64,000 nt of DNA, from the NCBI GenBank assembly GCA_944325895.1, contig CALVCA010000001.1:91165-155164 (forward strand). Direction: 5' to 3'. This DNA is from Candidatus Gastranaerophilales bacterium. Lineage in GTDB: Bacteria > Cyanobacteriota > Vampirovibrionia > Gastranaerophilales > Gastranaerophilaceae. Below the pieces are notes generated by a model. That model made no database searches, was not told where the DNA came from, and saw only the letters and a list, made by a program, of their open reading frames with translations. The position numbers were made by a program, and so were the translations under genes. Positions 19,182 to 28,380 of the stretch are shown here, one piece after another. The stretch's first letter is position 1; every line of letters begins with the position of its first letter.

Positions 19182-20954
19182 TTAACTATATATTCGGTTA
19201 TGCAATTGCCTGTAGTTTGCTAATATTTCTTCTGTACGCTGAGAAATCACTGTTGACTGTTCAACAGCTTGTTCAGGATTAAATTGGGCATACATAGCTC
19301 CTGCCGTATTTAATGCTCCTGCTATTTTACCGGCAAAAGCCATAAAATCACCATTTGCTTTCTCTTTTTTAGCTTTTTTAGCAGCATCCGCAGCTTCTGT
19401 GCCTGCAGCACCGCCTTGTGCAGCTTCGGCACCGTTAGCCGGAACAGGTTTTTCCGTACCTTTAACAGCACTTTCTCTTGCCGATGTTAAACCTTTTTCA
19501 AGTTCGTCGCCCGTGACACCTTTTGCCGCAAGATCTGATTGTGCCGCATTAAATGCTGTTTCCGCTTTATTAATATTACTTTGTCCCTGCGTCAGGGCAT
19601 CGTTCATTAACGGATTATTTCCGCCTGTCTTACGTGCCGTTTTTACCCCTTGACGCATTTCTTTCATAGTTGCACCATCAAGTGTACCTCTTGTTTGATT
19701 CATAGACATCTGATTAATTTGGTCTTTACTGAATCCTGCCTCCTGCAGATTTTCCATATTAGATTTCGCAAGTTGTTTTGCGGCACCTTTTTCCAGTCCT
19801 TGCTGCATAGCTTGCGTTGCCTGTTCTTTTATTCCTTCAAAACCTTTTGCCATCTGCTGCGTTCCTTTTGCCGCAGACATACCCGTCATCACAGCGGCTC
19901 CCGCATTTGTTAATGCACCTGCTATATCTCCGTTTGCTATTGAACAAGCGGATTTTGTAACTGATGCGGCGGTTGAACCGTAATTACCTATTGTTTCAAC
20001 AGTTGAACCCGTTGCCTCTACAGGTACACTGGCTGATATTAATGCCGTTCCGACTGCAACCGTTGCAGGATATACACTGGCCGCCATTGCTTGACCTAAC
20101 GCTCGCATTCCTTTACCGACCAATTGGACACCTTGACCTGTCGTTGATGTATATTGCGATATCTCTCCGACTTTATTCGCTACATTCATAACTTTATCCG
20201 CAGTCGATTGATTTGCATCAAGTGTCTTCTGCGTCTTATTTACCGTTGAGATATAAACTTTACATGTATGCGACATTGTCCGAATTGATCTGTTGTTCGA
20301 TACCTGTATTTTATTAACTTTACCTGTATATTTGGCAATTTTTGCCGATGAATCATTCATCTGTGCTCCTAATGAAGAAATAGTCCTTCCTGCACTTGAA
20401 CCGCCGGTTATCATTGAACCGCCGGGATCACCGTCGCCGAAAAATGAACTCTGAGCTTGTTGCTCTGCCATTATTGATTCTATCTGCGATGCAAATGTTG
20501 CCATTCTTGTATTTTCTTGTTCTATTTCACGGGCCATTTTCGCCATTTCTTTGTTATTCAGCTCAACTTCACGCTGTGAACGCAGCATTGTTTTCTTCAG
20601 TGCTGACTCACTTTTTTTCGTTGTCCGTGCCAGGCTGCTGCTTTCATCTTGGATTGAATTTACCTGCTTTGTACCTTTTTGTGCCTGCGTTGTTCCCGCT
20701 CTTGCACTCGCCGCCTGACTTTGAGCACCTGAAATAGCCCGTTTCCCGTCATCTACCGTGTATTTTTCCTTTTGACTTCCCCTTACACTGTTTGAGTTAT
20801 TGGCTTTATTGGAGTTTGGGCGTATGTTAAATATTGACCCGTCTTTGGTCATATTTATATTTTGTGCGGAAACGTGACGAACCTGCGTGCCTCGTTGCTG
20901 CATGATCTTTTGCAAAGTGACTCTATTTAATTGTCCTAAGCCGTTTATGCCCAT
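19182..20954 (-). CDS. Orphan Ala/Gly/Gln/Thr/Ser-rich low-complexity protein (590 aa) with a coiled-coil segment and central hydrophobic stretches
   Basis: Long ORF, visibly more GC-rich than its neighbours. Coiled-coil-like LRSQREVELNNKEMAKMAREIEQENTRMATFASQIESIMAEQQAQ. Hydrophobic AASVYPATVAVGTALISASVPV and GALTNAGAAVMTGMSAA. No signal peptide and no family recognised. Confidence 0.65.
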   Translation of the reverse strand: MGINGLGQLNRVTLQKIMQQRGTQVRHVSAQNINMTKDGSIFNIRPNSNKANNSNSVRGSQKEKYTVDDGKRAISGAQSQAASARAGTTQAQKGTKQVNSIQDESSSLARTTKKSESALKKTMLRSQREVELNNKEMAKMAREIEQENTRMATFASQIESIMAEQQAQSSFFGDGDPGGSMITGGSSAGRTISSLGAQMNDSSAKIAKYTGKVNKIQVSNNRSIRTMSHTCKVYISTVNKTQKTLDANQSTADKVMNVANKVGEISQYTSTTGQGVQLVGKGMRALGQAMAASVYPATVAVGTALISASVPVEATGSTVETIGNYGSTAASVTKSACSIANGDIAGALTNAGAAVMTGMSAAKGTQQMAKGFEGIKEQATQAMQQGLEKGAAKQLAKSNMENLQEAGFSKDQINQMSMNQTRGTLDGATMKEMRQGVKTARKTGGNNPLMNDALTQGQSNINKAETAFNAAQSDLAAKGVTGDELEKGLTSARESAVKGTEKPVPANGAEAAQGGAAGTEAADAAKKAKKEKANGDFMAFAGKIAGALNTAGAMYAQFNPEQAVEQSTVISQRTEEILANYRQLHNRIYS

Positions 20955-21114
20955 AACTCTCTCTTAAGATAATTTATCTCTTAAATATATAAAAACACCG
21001 CAGCAACAACAATTTCAGCGATTTTAAATGTTGTTACATTACTTTACATTGTTATAAATTTGCCTTTAATTTTTATTTTTGATAAAATTTATTTGTAAAA
21101 AGGAGAAAGAATTT

Positions 21115-21933
21115 ATGAAACTAATGGAAGGTAAAAAGGGGCTTATTTTCGGTGTATCAAACACTCACGGTATTGCATACGGAATTGCCCGACAATTATT
21201 TGAAGCAGGAGCTGACATCGCATTCACATATGCAGGTGAAGCTATGGAAAAACGTGTCAGACCTTTAGCTGAAGATATGAATGCTAAAGTTATTATGAGC
21301 TGCGATGTCACAAAAGAAGAAGAAATTAAAGCCGTTGTTCAAGAATGTGAACGTGTTTACGGCAAGCTTGATTTTGTCATCCACGCAGTTGCTTTTGCTG
21401 CTAAAGAAGATCTGCAAGGCAGATTTATTGATACATCTCTTGAGGGCTGGAATTTAGCAATGGGTGTTAGTGCATACTCTTTAATCTCAATTTGCCGTAA
21501 TGTTGAACACATTATGAACGAAGGCGGATCTATTTTTGCATTAACTTATTTGGGTTCTGAATATGTTGTTGCAAATTACAATATTATGGGTGTTGCAAAG
21601 GCTGCTTTGGAATCTTCCATGAGATATTTGGCAGCAGATTTAGGCAAAAAAGGAATCAGAGTAAACTGCATTTCTGCAGGAGCTGTAAAAACCCTTGCCG
21701 CTAAAGGTATTTCAGGATTTGACAAAATGCTTAAAGCCGCTGTTGCAAAATCTCCGCTTAATAGAAATGTTTCTTTGGAAGATGTTGGCAAAGCCGGTCT
21801 GTATTTAGCATCAGACCTTTCTACCGGCACTACCGGACATATTCTCTACGTAGATTGCGGATGCCATTCGGTTTATGCTTCTCTTGATGAGATGGAAATT
21901 ATTGCCAATTCTTTGGCTACTTCTAACCTATAG
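21115..21933 (+). CDS. fabI: Enoyl-[acyl-carrier-protein] reductase (NADH) FabI
   Basis: GKKGLIFGVSNTHGIAYGIA nucleotide-binding motif, catalytic Y...Y...MGVAKAALE region, SDR fold. SD GGAGAAAG before ATG 21115. Confidence 0.9.
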   Translation: MKLMEGKKGLIFGVSNTHGIAYGIARQLFEAGADIAFTYAGEAMEKRVRPLAEDMNAKVIMSCDVTKEEEIKAVVQECERVYGKLDFVIHAVAFAAKEDLQGRFIDTSLEGWNLAMGVSAYSLISICRNVEHIMNEGGSIFALTYLGSEYVVANYNIMGVAKAALESSMRYLAADLGKKGIRVNCISAGAVKTLAAKGISGFDKMLKAAVAKSPLNRNVSLEDVGKAGLYLASDLSTGTTGHILYVDCGCHSVYASLDEMEIIANSLATSNL

Positions 21934-21959
21934 GACTTTGTCCTATAGGTTTCTTAACA

Positions 21960-22128
21960 TTTATTTGACTTTTTGTTTTGTTTAGTTTAATATTATATTT
22001 GCAGCCGCAGACAATTAGCGGAAGTCAATCTTCCTTAATAAGCCAGCTAATCGAGGTTACATGTAGTCGAAGTGTAAGATTTTGCGGTTGTGTTGCAAAA
22101 TCTTTTTTTATTAGTAAAGGAGCGAAAA
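21960..22128 (+). promoter_or_regulatory. Probable ribosomal protein L10 leader with attenuator terminator (22076-22109)
   Basis: A relatively GC-rich untranslated leader lies directly upstream of rplJ. Hairpin AAGATTTTGC / GCAAAATCTT plus a T-run sits immediately before the rplJ SD. This matches the known L10(L12)4 autoregulatory leader arrangement. Confidence 0.45.
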
Positions 22129-22650
22129 ATGGCAACAAAAGCATTTAAATCAGAAAAAATTGATGCGTTAAAAGCAAAAATTGAAAAAGCCCAGGTCGCT
22201 ATTGTTACTGAGTATAAAGGTTATACCGTTGAAGAAATTACTAATCTCAGACGTGCTATCCAAAAAGACGGCGGAGATTATATGGTTGTTAAAAATACCC
22301 TCGCTAAAATTGCGGTAAAAGATACTCCATATGAAATTTTGACGGAAAAATTGACAGGTCCCGTTGCTTTGGCTTTCGGTTTTAATGACCCTGTCAGCCC
22401 TGCAAAAGCTGTTTCTAAATTTATTAAAGACTCTAAAAAAGGTGTTATTATCGGAGCAGCTTTAGACGGTAAACTTTTATCTGAATCTGAAACAAAAGCT
22501 CTGGCTAATCTTCCTTCAAAAGAAGAACTTTACGCCAAAATGCTTGGTTGTATCAACTCACCTGCTACAGGTATTGTCGGTTCAATCAATGCTGTTATGG
22601 CACAGCTTACAAGAGCTATGGCTGCTGTTAGAGATCAAAAAGCAGCATAA
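22129..22650 (+). CDS. rplJ: 50S ribosomal protein L10
   Basis: SD AAAGGAG before ATG 22129. Typical L10 sequence (VVKNTLAKIA...GPVALAF) and position upstream of rplL. Confidence 0.93.
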   Translation: MATKAFKSEKIDALKAKIEKAQVAIVTEYKGYTVEEITNLRRAIQKDGGDYMVVKNTLAKIAVKDTPYEILTEKLTGPVALAFGFNDPVSPAKAVSKFIKDSKKGVIIGAALDGKLLSESETKALANLPSKEELYAKMLGCINSPATGIVGSINAVMAQLTRAMAAVRDQKAA

Positions 22651-22679
22651 TGTACTAAATTTTTAAAAGGAGAAAAACA

Positions 22680-23057
22680 ATGAGTGTAGAAGCTATTTTA
22701 GAATCAATCGAAAAATTAACATTATTAGAAGCAGCTGAATTAGTTAAAGCTATGGAAGAAAAATTCGGCGTATCTGCAGCAGCTCCAGTTGCTGTTGCTG
22801 CAGCAGCTCCCGCAGCAGCAGGTGATGCAGCCGGTGCTGAAGAAGCTTCTGAAGTTTCTGTTATTTTGGCATCAGCTGGTGCTAATAAAATTGCCGTGTT
22901 GAAAGAAGTTCGTGCTATCACTGGTCTTGGCTTGAAAGAAGCTAAAGATTTGGTTGACGCTGCTCCGAAACCGGTTAAAGAAAACATCAAAAAAGAAGAC
23001 GCCGAAGCTATCAAAAAACAATTGGAAGCTGCCGGTGCATCTGTTGAAATCAAATAG
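22680..23057 (+). CDS. rplL: 50S ribosomal protein L7/L12
   Basis: Ala-rich hinge and the highly conserved C-terminus [56 protein letters not shown]. Confidence 0.96.
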   Translation: MSVEAILESIEKLTLLEAAELVKAMEEKFGVSAAAPVAVAAAAPAAAGDAAGAEEASEVSVILASAGANKIAVLKEVRAITGLGLKEAKDLVDAAPKPVKENIKKEDAEAIKKQLEAAGASVEIK

Positions 23058-23064
23058 TTCTTCA

Positions 23065-23089
23065 AGGGAGGCTAAAACCTCCCTTTTTT
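23065..23089 (+). terminator. Intrinsic terminator after rplL
   Basis: AGGGAGG-ctaaaa-CCTCCCT followed by TTTTTT. Confidence 0.8.
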
Positions 23090-23100
23090 AAGGAGTTTAT

Positions 23101-23472
23101 ATGAAAAAAATTTTTTTATTATTCGTTATTTTAATCGGTTCTTTAGCTTTTGCCGATGATATTGAAAAATATTCTAAAGGTTTTTCCGTAAGATTTTTGC
23201 ATTGTCTGCCAACAAATCAAGAGTTAACCTACTCAACTTCTGCCGGTGATGTAACTTTACAAAGATCTTTGCACGGATGGAAAGATCATAAATGTGCTTA
23301 TAATGAAATAATTACAACCGGTGAAACAACTGTTTCAAGAAGCTGTAATTTTTCTAAAGATCAAGTGAATGAAATTGTCCAGGCTATGAAAGCTGATCCT
23401 AAAGGAGAGTCTGTTGCAGAACAAGTTTGGGAAAGATACAGAAATCTCTCTGATGTCTGCCTGACAAATTAA
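23101..23472 (+). CDS. Small secreted Cys-containing protein, unknown function
   Basis: SD AAGGAG. Signal peptide MKKIFLLFVILIGSLAFA. Four cysteines. Confidence 0.6.
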   Translation: MKKIFLLFVILIGSLAFADDIEKYSKGFSVRFLHCLPTNQELTYSTSAGDVTLQRSLHGWKDHKCAYNEIITTGETTVSRSCNFSKDQVNEIVQAMKADPKGESVAEQVWERYRNLSDVCLTN

Positions 23473-24098
23473 TAACCGCAAAGCTTTTTGTATTCACAAA
23501 ATCTGCAGGCTTCACAATTTTGAATAAATCTTTTGGCATTTACGATTTCGGTAATTATCCTGATTAATTCTGTTTTGTAGATGGCTTCTAGATTTTTATC
23601 AAAACCGATTTTATATTGACTTTGATTTTTTAAGTCAATATAAACAAAAGATAAATCATTTGTTTTCAAAAAATCTGATAAACATAAAAGATATACCATT
23701 GTTTGAAAATCTTTTTCGGGATTTTTTGGAACTGAACCTGTTTTGTAATCTAAAATATAATAAGAAACAGCATCTTTTACAACTGCATCCAAACGACCGC
23801 CGATCCAAAAATCAGATATCTTGCAAGAAAGGTTGTATTCTGAGTTTACAAAAGTTTTATTGAAATATTCATTTGATTTTAATACATTCCAAACAGATAA
23901 TTCTTCAGGTTTTAAAACTTTTTCCATCTTCTCTACATCAAAACCTTTAAGATAATAGTTTGCAAGTGCATGGATTTTTTTCCCTTTTTCGAACAGTGTT
24001 AATTTTTGCGGCACGGAAACTTTTTGAATATATTTATATTCAAATTTTTTAGGGCATTCAACATATACTTTTAACATATTTGGTGAATATATTGTCAT
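23469..24098 (-). CDS. Cas4/AddB-type PD-(D/E)XK nuclease with a 4Fe-4S cluster motif (209 aa)
   Basis: N-terminal SPNMLKVYVECPKKFEYKY. Catalytic GGRLDAVV and ILDYKTG (D...DxK). C-terminal CRFCEYKKLC (CX2CX5C), which together with the N-terminal Cys gives the Fe-S staple. 4-nt ATGA overlap with the upstream helicase gene. Confidence 0.85.
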   Translation of the reverse strand: MTIYSPNMLKVYVECPKKFEYKYIQKVSVPQKLTLFEKGKKIHALANYYLKGFDVEKMEKVLKPEELSVWNVLKSNEYFNKTFVNSEYNLSCKISDFWIGGRLDAVVKDAVSYYILDYKTGSVPKNPEKDFQTMVYLLCLSDFLKTNDLSFVYIDLKNQSQYKIGFDKNLEAIYKTELIRIITEIVNAKRFIQNCEACRFCEYKKLCGY

Positions 24099-27000
24099 AA
24101 AGCCTCCGTAAAAATAATACTTGGTTCTTGCTCAACGATTTTGCCAAACGAGGTGATTTTTCTGCTTGCGGTTATATATAAATTCCTTTTAGCCCTTGTG
24201 ATGGCTACGTATAACAATCTGAAATTTTCTGCTAAGATGTCTTGTTTCAACAAATTTTCCGTTTTAGGTTTATAATTAGGATTTGAACGTCTTACATTTT
24301 CCGTAAAATCAGATGATTTCAATTTCACTTCGTTAAAATCAAGCGTTAGATTTTTTTCGGACATCTCCGGTAAAAATACTGCATCAAACTCATCACCTTT
24401 TGATTTATGTAAAGTCATTATTTGAACTTTGCCCTGCAAAAATTCACGGCTGCTCTCCTCTTCTTCAGAGAAAAATTTAAATCCGCTCAAAGACGGTTTT
24501 TTAGCCAATTCGCCCAACCTTGTAACCACATATGATAAATCTTTATTTACAGTACTCAAACGTTTTACAAGGGTTGATATAAGATATACATTTGATTTTT
24601 CAATTTCACTGTTAAAATACGTAAGCCCGATTTTTATAACCAATTCTTCCGGCTGCAAATACGGCATCGAAAGCCAATAATTTACATCCCAATAAAATTG
24701 CACCAGGCTTTGTTCTGAAAATTCATCAATATCTGACGTTATAAACGGTATCTTAAAATTTCTTATCTCTGTACCCAAACGCTGTTTATAAATACCGAAT
24801 TCCGCCAATATTTCATAATTATCCGCCAAAACATTATTATCAAACGGGTTTAAAATAATATTTAGTACTGCAAAAATTACCTTAAAAATCGTTTTCTGCT
24901 CAAGACTCTCGCTCCTGGTGATACTTTTTAAACCGCTGTCATTTATAAAGCTCAGCCAACGTGAAACCTGATAATTATTTCTCAAAAGAATGCCTACTGT
25001 AGATTTGGGATTTTTTTTAAATATGTTTTGTATTGTTTTTAGAACATAATTTTTTTCTTCCAATGCATTATTAAATATCTCAAATTTAACCGCATTATCC
25101 TGAACAGGATTTTTACCTTCTACGGGCTGCATATAAATTTTATAAAATGCGTTTTGTGTTTCAGGTTTTGTATCTGCAAAATTAATCAAATGATTTGCAA
25201 GTGTCCAAACATCTTTTGTACATCTCTGCGAACAATTCATGGTTATGTCATTGTTAGAAGTTATAAATTTTCTAAATCCTTCTACATCAGCATTCGAAAA
25301 AGTCGTTGTTATTGCTTGATTTATATCTCCGCAGCGTATTAAATTTTTATGTTTGCCGCTCAACAGTTTTATCAATTCCTGCTGGATTGAAGAAGAATCT
25401 TGTGCTTCGTCCTCAATTATATATTCGCAAATATTTTGATAATGTTCCAAAATATCAAAATTGTTCCGCAATAATTTTACGGAAGAAATCAGCATATCAT
25501 CATAATCTATCAAATTTTGCAGAGCTAAAGATTTTTGATATTCATTAAAAAATTCTGCAAATTTCATGATTTTTTTATCGGTTATATTATCTTCAAAAAG
25601 TCCCTCACCAAGCTTGAATATTGAAACAGCTTTGTCAAATTCCTCAGTTTCAGTTTTTTTCAGCTTCAATTGTTCTGATATAGTTTGAATAATACGCATT
25701 CGCTGAGTATCATCACAAATTTCAAAATCAGGATTTAAATTTAAACGTTCAAAATTCCCGTTTTCTTTCAAAATTCTTAAAGCCAAACCATGAATTGTAC
25801 TAATATTCGGCAATTGAGAAGAATTCTGTCTGATATTTTTTATTCGTTCACGGAAATTTCTTGCAGCTGATTCCATATATGTCAAAACAAAAATATTTTC
25901 CGCCTTGACTCCGTTATCAAGCAGCTTCAAAATTAAAGCCAGTAATATTGTAGTTTTACCGGCACCCGGTACTGCTGAAATCGCCATTGTGCCGTTTGTA
26001 TATTCTAATACAGGTTTTTGATCTGACCTCGGAATAATAGGTGAAGCCTGAGTTGAAACCGCTTCCGCCTCAAAATTCAAATATTTTTCTATCCCGCCGA
26101 AATTTTCTGCTCCGTTACCGTCAAATAAACTTGAAAACGCAAAAACATGCTTATTTACGCACAATAAAAGCTTTCTGAGTATTCTCGCCGTTTTATCCCT
26201 GCTTAATGCTATATTATCTTCTATAGTATAAGAATCCTTTTCCCAGTCTTTTTGAAATACCCACGCATTATACAATGGTCCCGTATCACTTTTTATCCAC
26301 TCATCACTCGATATATCAAGCCATATCTGATATTGACTTTTTATTTGATTATCTATTATTTTTTGAGGTGTTGCTATTATAATTTCACGTTCACCTGTCT
26401 CCAAAGTTGAATACGGATTATCCGAAATTATTGAATTTTCTATCTGAACTATAATGTCATTCTTCCTGTCATTAAAATCCGAAATATTCTCAAATTCTCT
26501 AAGCTGCTTTACGAAAAAATTAAATCTGCTGAGTTCTTTTATATCTTTTACCTTTATAATTGAATTATATATTTCACAAACCTGCTCGGACATCTTAATA
26601 TCAGAATTTGCAAGATTATCAATTAAATCAAGCAGGATATTATATCTTTCATTAAAATTTTCATCCCCGAAATCAAACACAGGTAATTTCCCTGTTTCCG
26701 AAAATGTTTGCAAAATATTTTGACAATATTTTACAGGGATTTCTAAAAATTCACTCAAAAGTACTCTTATTTCAAATTCAGTAACCGGCAATTCAGTATT
26801 AAGCTTCAAAACAGTCAATGCCGCTTGAACAAACTTATTTTGTATTAACTTTTCGCTGCCTGAAATAAATGTCAAATCAACATTCAAATTTTCTTTTAAA
26901 GAAAATTTCAACATATCATCTATTATCGGAGTTATAATTGCTATATCATGCGGTAATACATTATTTTTCAAAAGCTCATTTATTTTCTGCACTGCCAAAT

Positions 27001-27919
27001 CAATCATCTGTGCCCGTTTTGAAGGTGATTTAACCGTGAAATTTTTCAATTTATCAGTTTTATCGTTAATAATATTACCGAATAAAATTTCCGCATCCTC
27101 CGCTAATCCGCCAATCATATCAATCGGAACAGCAGTTTCTTTAAATAAATTCTGTAATTCGGCAAAAGAATTTTTATCGGCACTCAAATACCCTGCCCTG
27201 CTTCCGCCTTTGCTATCTGCTGCAATATAGCATGACTTTATCTGAGGTGCTAAATACTTTATAAAATCCAAACAAACAGGAGTAATTTCATCAGCATCAT
27301 CTAATATTAAATATTTTATGTCCGAAAAATATTCAGTATTTTTATATATAAAATTAAACAAAAGCGTTTGTCGTAAATAATCAAAATCTCTATATTCAAG
27401 CGTTTTGGCAAGCAGTTTTTTCAAAGCGGAACGTGCATCGTCCGCAAATGTTTCTCCTAAAATTTGCGAACGCTCTTCTATCTCTTTATCTGATAAATTA
27501 TTTTGCACAATGAGAGAATAACGACGAAATAATTGGTTTAACAAAGATTTCTTTGAATTATATCCCTTAAATTTAACATCCTTTAATATGTCTTTCAAAA
27601 TAAATTGTGAAATTTCAAGTCCCGCCAAATTAGGTACAATGACAGTGTTTTCATATGGATTTCTGCTTTCTAAAAAAGCCCAGTTGTCAATAACTGTGTT
27701 ATATACCAATGATGAAAACGAATACACACAAAGCTTTTCAATTGAGGTTATAGTTAATTTTTTTAAAACGTTTTCAATAAACTGATTACGCAAATTGGAA
27801 TTCTGCACCAAAACCAGTATTTCAGAAGCTTTTATACCTGAATTTACCAGCTCAGCGTATTTATTTATTAAAATATTAGTCTTGTCGGAATTAATTGCAC
27901 CGTCAATTATCAAAAGCAA
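24095..27919 (-). CDS. Fused double UvrD/AddA-like superfamily-1 helicase (degenerate N-terminal module plus intact C-terminal module), 1274 aa
   Basis: The N-terminal half has a degenerate Walker A (GAINSDKT) and motif II (LILDDADE). The C-terminal half has intact PGAGKTT, IIEDEAQD, CGDINQAI, TLHKSKGDEFDAVFL and LLYVAITRAKRNLYI. No nuclease domain in this polypeptide. Confidence 0.85.
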   Translation of the reverse strand: MLLIIDGAINSDKTNILINKYAELVNSGIKASEILVLVQNSNLRNQFIENVLKKLTITSIEKLCVYSFSSLVYNTVIDNWAFLESRNPYENTVIVPNLAGLEISQFILKDILKDVKFKGYNSKKSLLNQLFRRYSLIVQNNLSDKEIEERSQILGETFADDARSALKKLLAKTLEYRDFDYLRQTLLFNFIYKNTEYFSDIKYLILDDADEITPVCLDFIKYLAPQIKSCYIAADSKGGSRAGYLSADKNSFAELQNLFKETAVPIDMIGGLAEDAEILFGNIINDKTDKLKNFTVKSPSKRAQMIDLAVQKINELLKNNVLPHDIAIITPIIDDMLKFSLKENLNVDLTFISGSEKLIQNKFVQAALTVLKLNTELPVTEFEIRVLLSEFLEIPVKYCQNILQTFSETGKLPVFDFGDENFNERYNILLDLIDNLANSDIKMSEQVCEIYNSIIKVKDIKELSRFNFFVKQLREFENISDFNDRKNDIIVQIENSIISDNPYSTLETGEREIIIATPQKIIDNQIKSQYQIWLDISSDEWIKSDTGPLYNAWVFQKDWEKDSYTIEDNIALSRDKTARILRKLLLCVNKHVFAFSSLFDGNGAENFGGIEKYLNFEAEAVSTQASPIIPRSDQKPVLEYTNGTMAISAVPGAGKTTILLALILKLLDNGVKAENIFVLTYMESAARNFRERIKNIRQNSSQLPNISTIHGLALRILKENGNFERLNLNPDFEICDDTQRMRIIQTISEQLKLKKTETEEFDKAVSIFKLGEGLFEDNITDKKIMKFAEFFNEYQKSLALQNLIDYDDMLISSVKLLRNNFDILEHYQNICEYIIEDEAQDSSSIQQELIKLLSGKHKNLIRCGDINQAITTTFSNADVEGFRKFITSNNDITMNCSQRCTKDVWTLANHLINFADTKPETQNAFYKIYMQPVEGKNPVQDNAVKFEIFNNALEEKNYVLKTIQNIFKKNPKSTVGILLRNNYQVSRWLSFINDSGLKSITRSESLEQKTIFKVIFAVLNIILNPFDNNVLADNYEILAEFGIYKQRLGTEIRNFKIPFITSDIDEFSEQSLVQFYWDVNYWLSMPYLQPEELVIKIGLTYFNSEIEKSNVYLISTLVKRLSTVNKDLSYVVTRLGELAKKPSLSGFKFFSEEEESSREFLQGKVQIMTLHKSKGDEFDAVFLPEMSEKNLTLDFNEVKLKSSDFTENVRRSNPNYKPKTENLLKQDILAENFRLLYVAITRAKRNLYITASRKITSFGKIVEQEPSIIFTEAL

Positions 27920-28054
27920 TACCCCCTATAATGTATTTTACCATAAAATTACTTTCAAAATCTAATTCCGATATACTATTGCTTTTTATTGAAAATTATT
28001 CTATTATTATACATATAAGTTGAAATGCATGAACAAAATAATTGGAGGTAAAAA

Positions 28055-28261
28055 ATGCAAGAATTACAAGAACAAATCGGCTATTCAGCAGGTCAAATTT
28101 ATGATTACTTAAACAACAACGGCGAATCTACATTTTCTAAAATGAAAAAAGAATTAGATTTGAAAGGCAATTTTGCTGATTTAGGCCTTGGATGGTTAGC
28201 AAGAGAAGACAAAGTTGAAATTTCTAAAAAAGGAACTTCTGTAAGCGTAAGACTTAAATAA
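28055..28261 (+). CDS. Small winged-helix protein (DUF2582-like)
   Basis: SD GGAGG. 68 aa with the LGLGWLAREDKVEI hallmark that I associate with the DUF2582 wHTH family. Confidence 0.6.
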   Translation: MQELQEQIGYSAGQIYDYLNNNGESTFSKMKKELDLKGNFADLGLGWLAREDKVEISKKGTSVSVRLK

Positions 28262-28283
28262 CTTTTATTAAGTATCACAAAAA

Positions 28284-28310
28284 AGGCACCTTAAAAAGGT
28301 GTCTTTTTTT
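28284..28310 (+). terminator. Intrinsic terminator
   Basis: AGGCACCTT-aaa-AAGGTGTCT followed by TTTTTT. Confidence 0.75.
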
Positions 28311-28380
28311 GTAAATTATTTTTAATAAACTAGCAAAAAAAATATTGCTGTTTTTTTATACATAGTGTATTATTAAGTGT

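Noticed and set aside
19182-20954. Phage tape-measure protein / prophage remnant.
   Set aside because: The composition is reminiscent, but there are no capsid, tail, integrase or lysis genes on either side. The neighbours are the TpsA gene and fabI.
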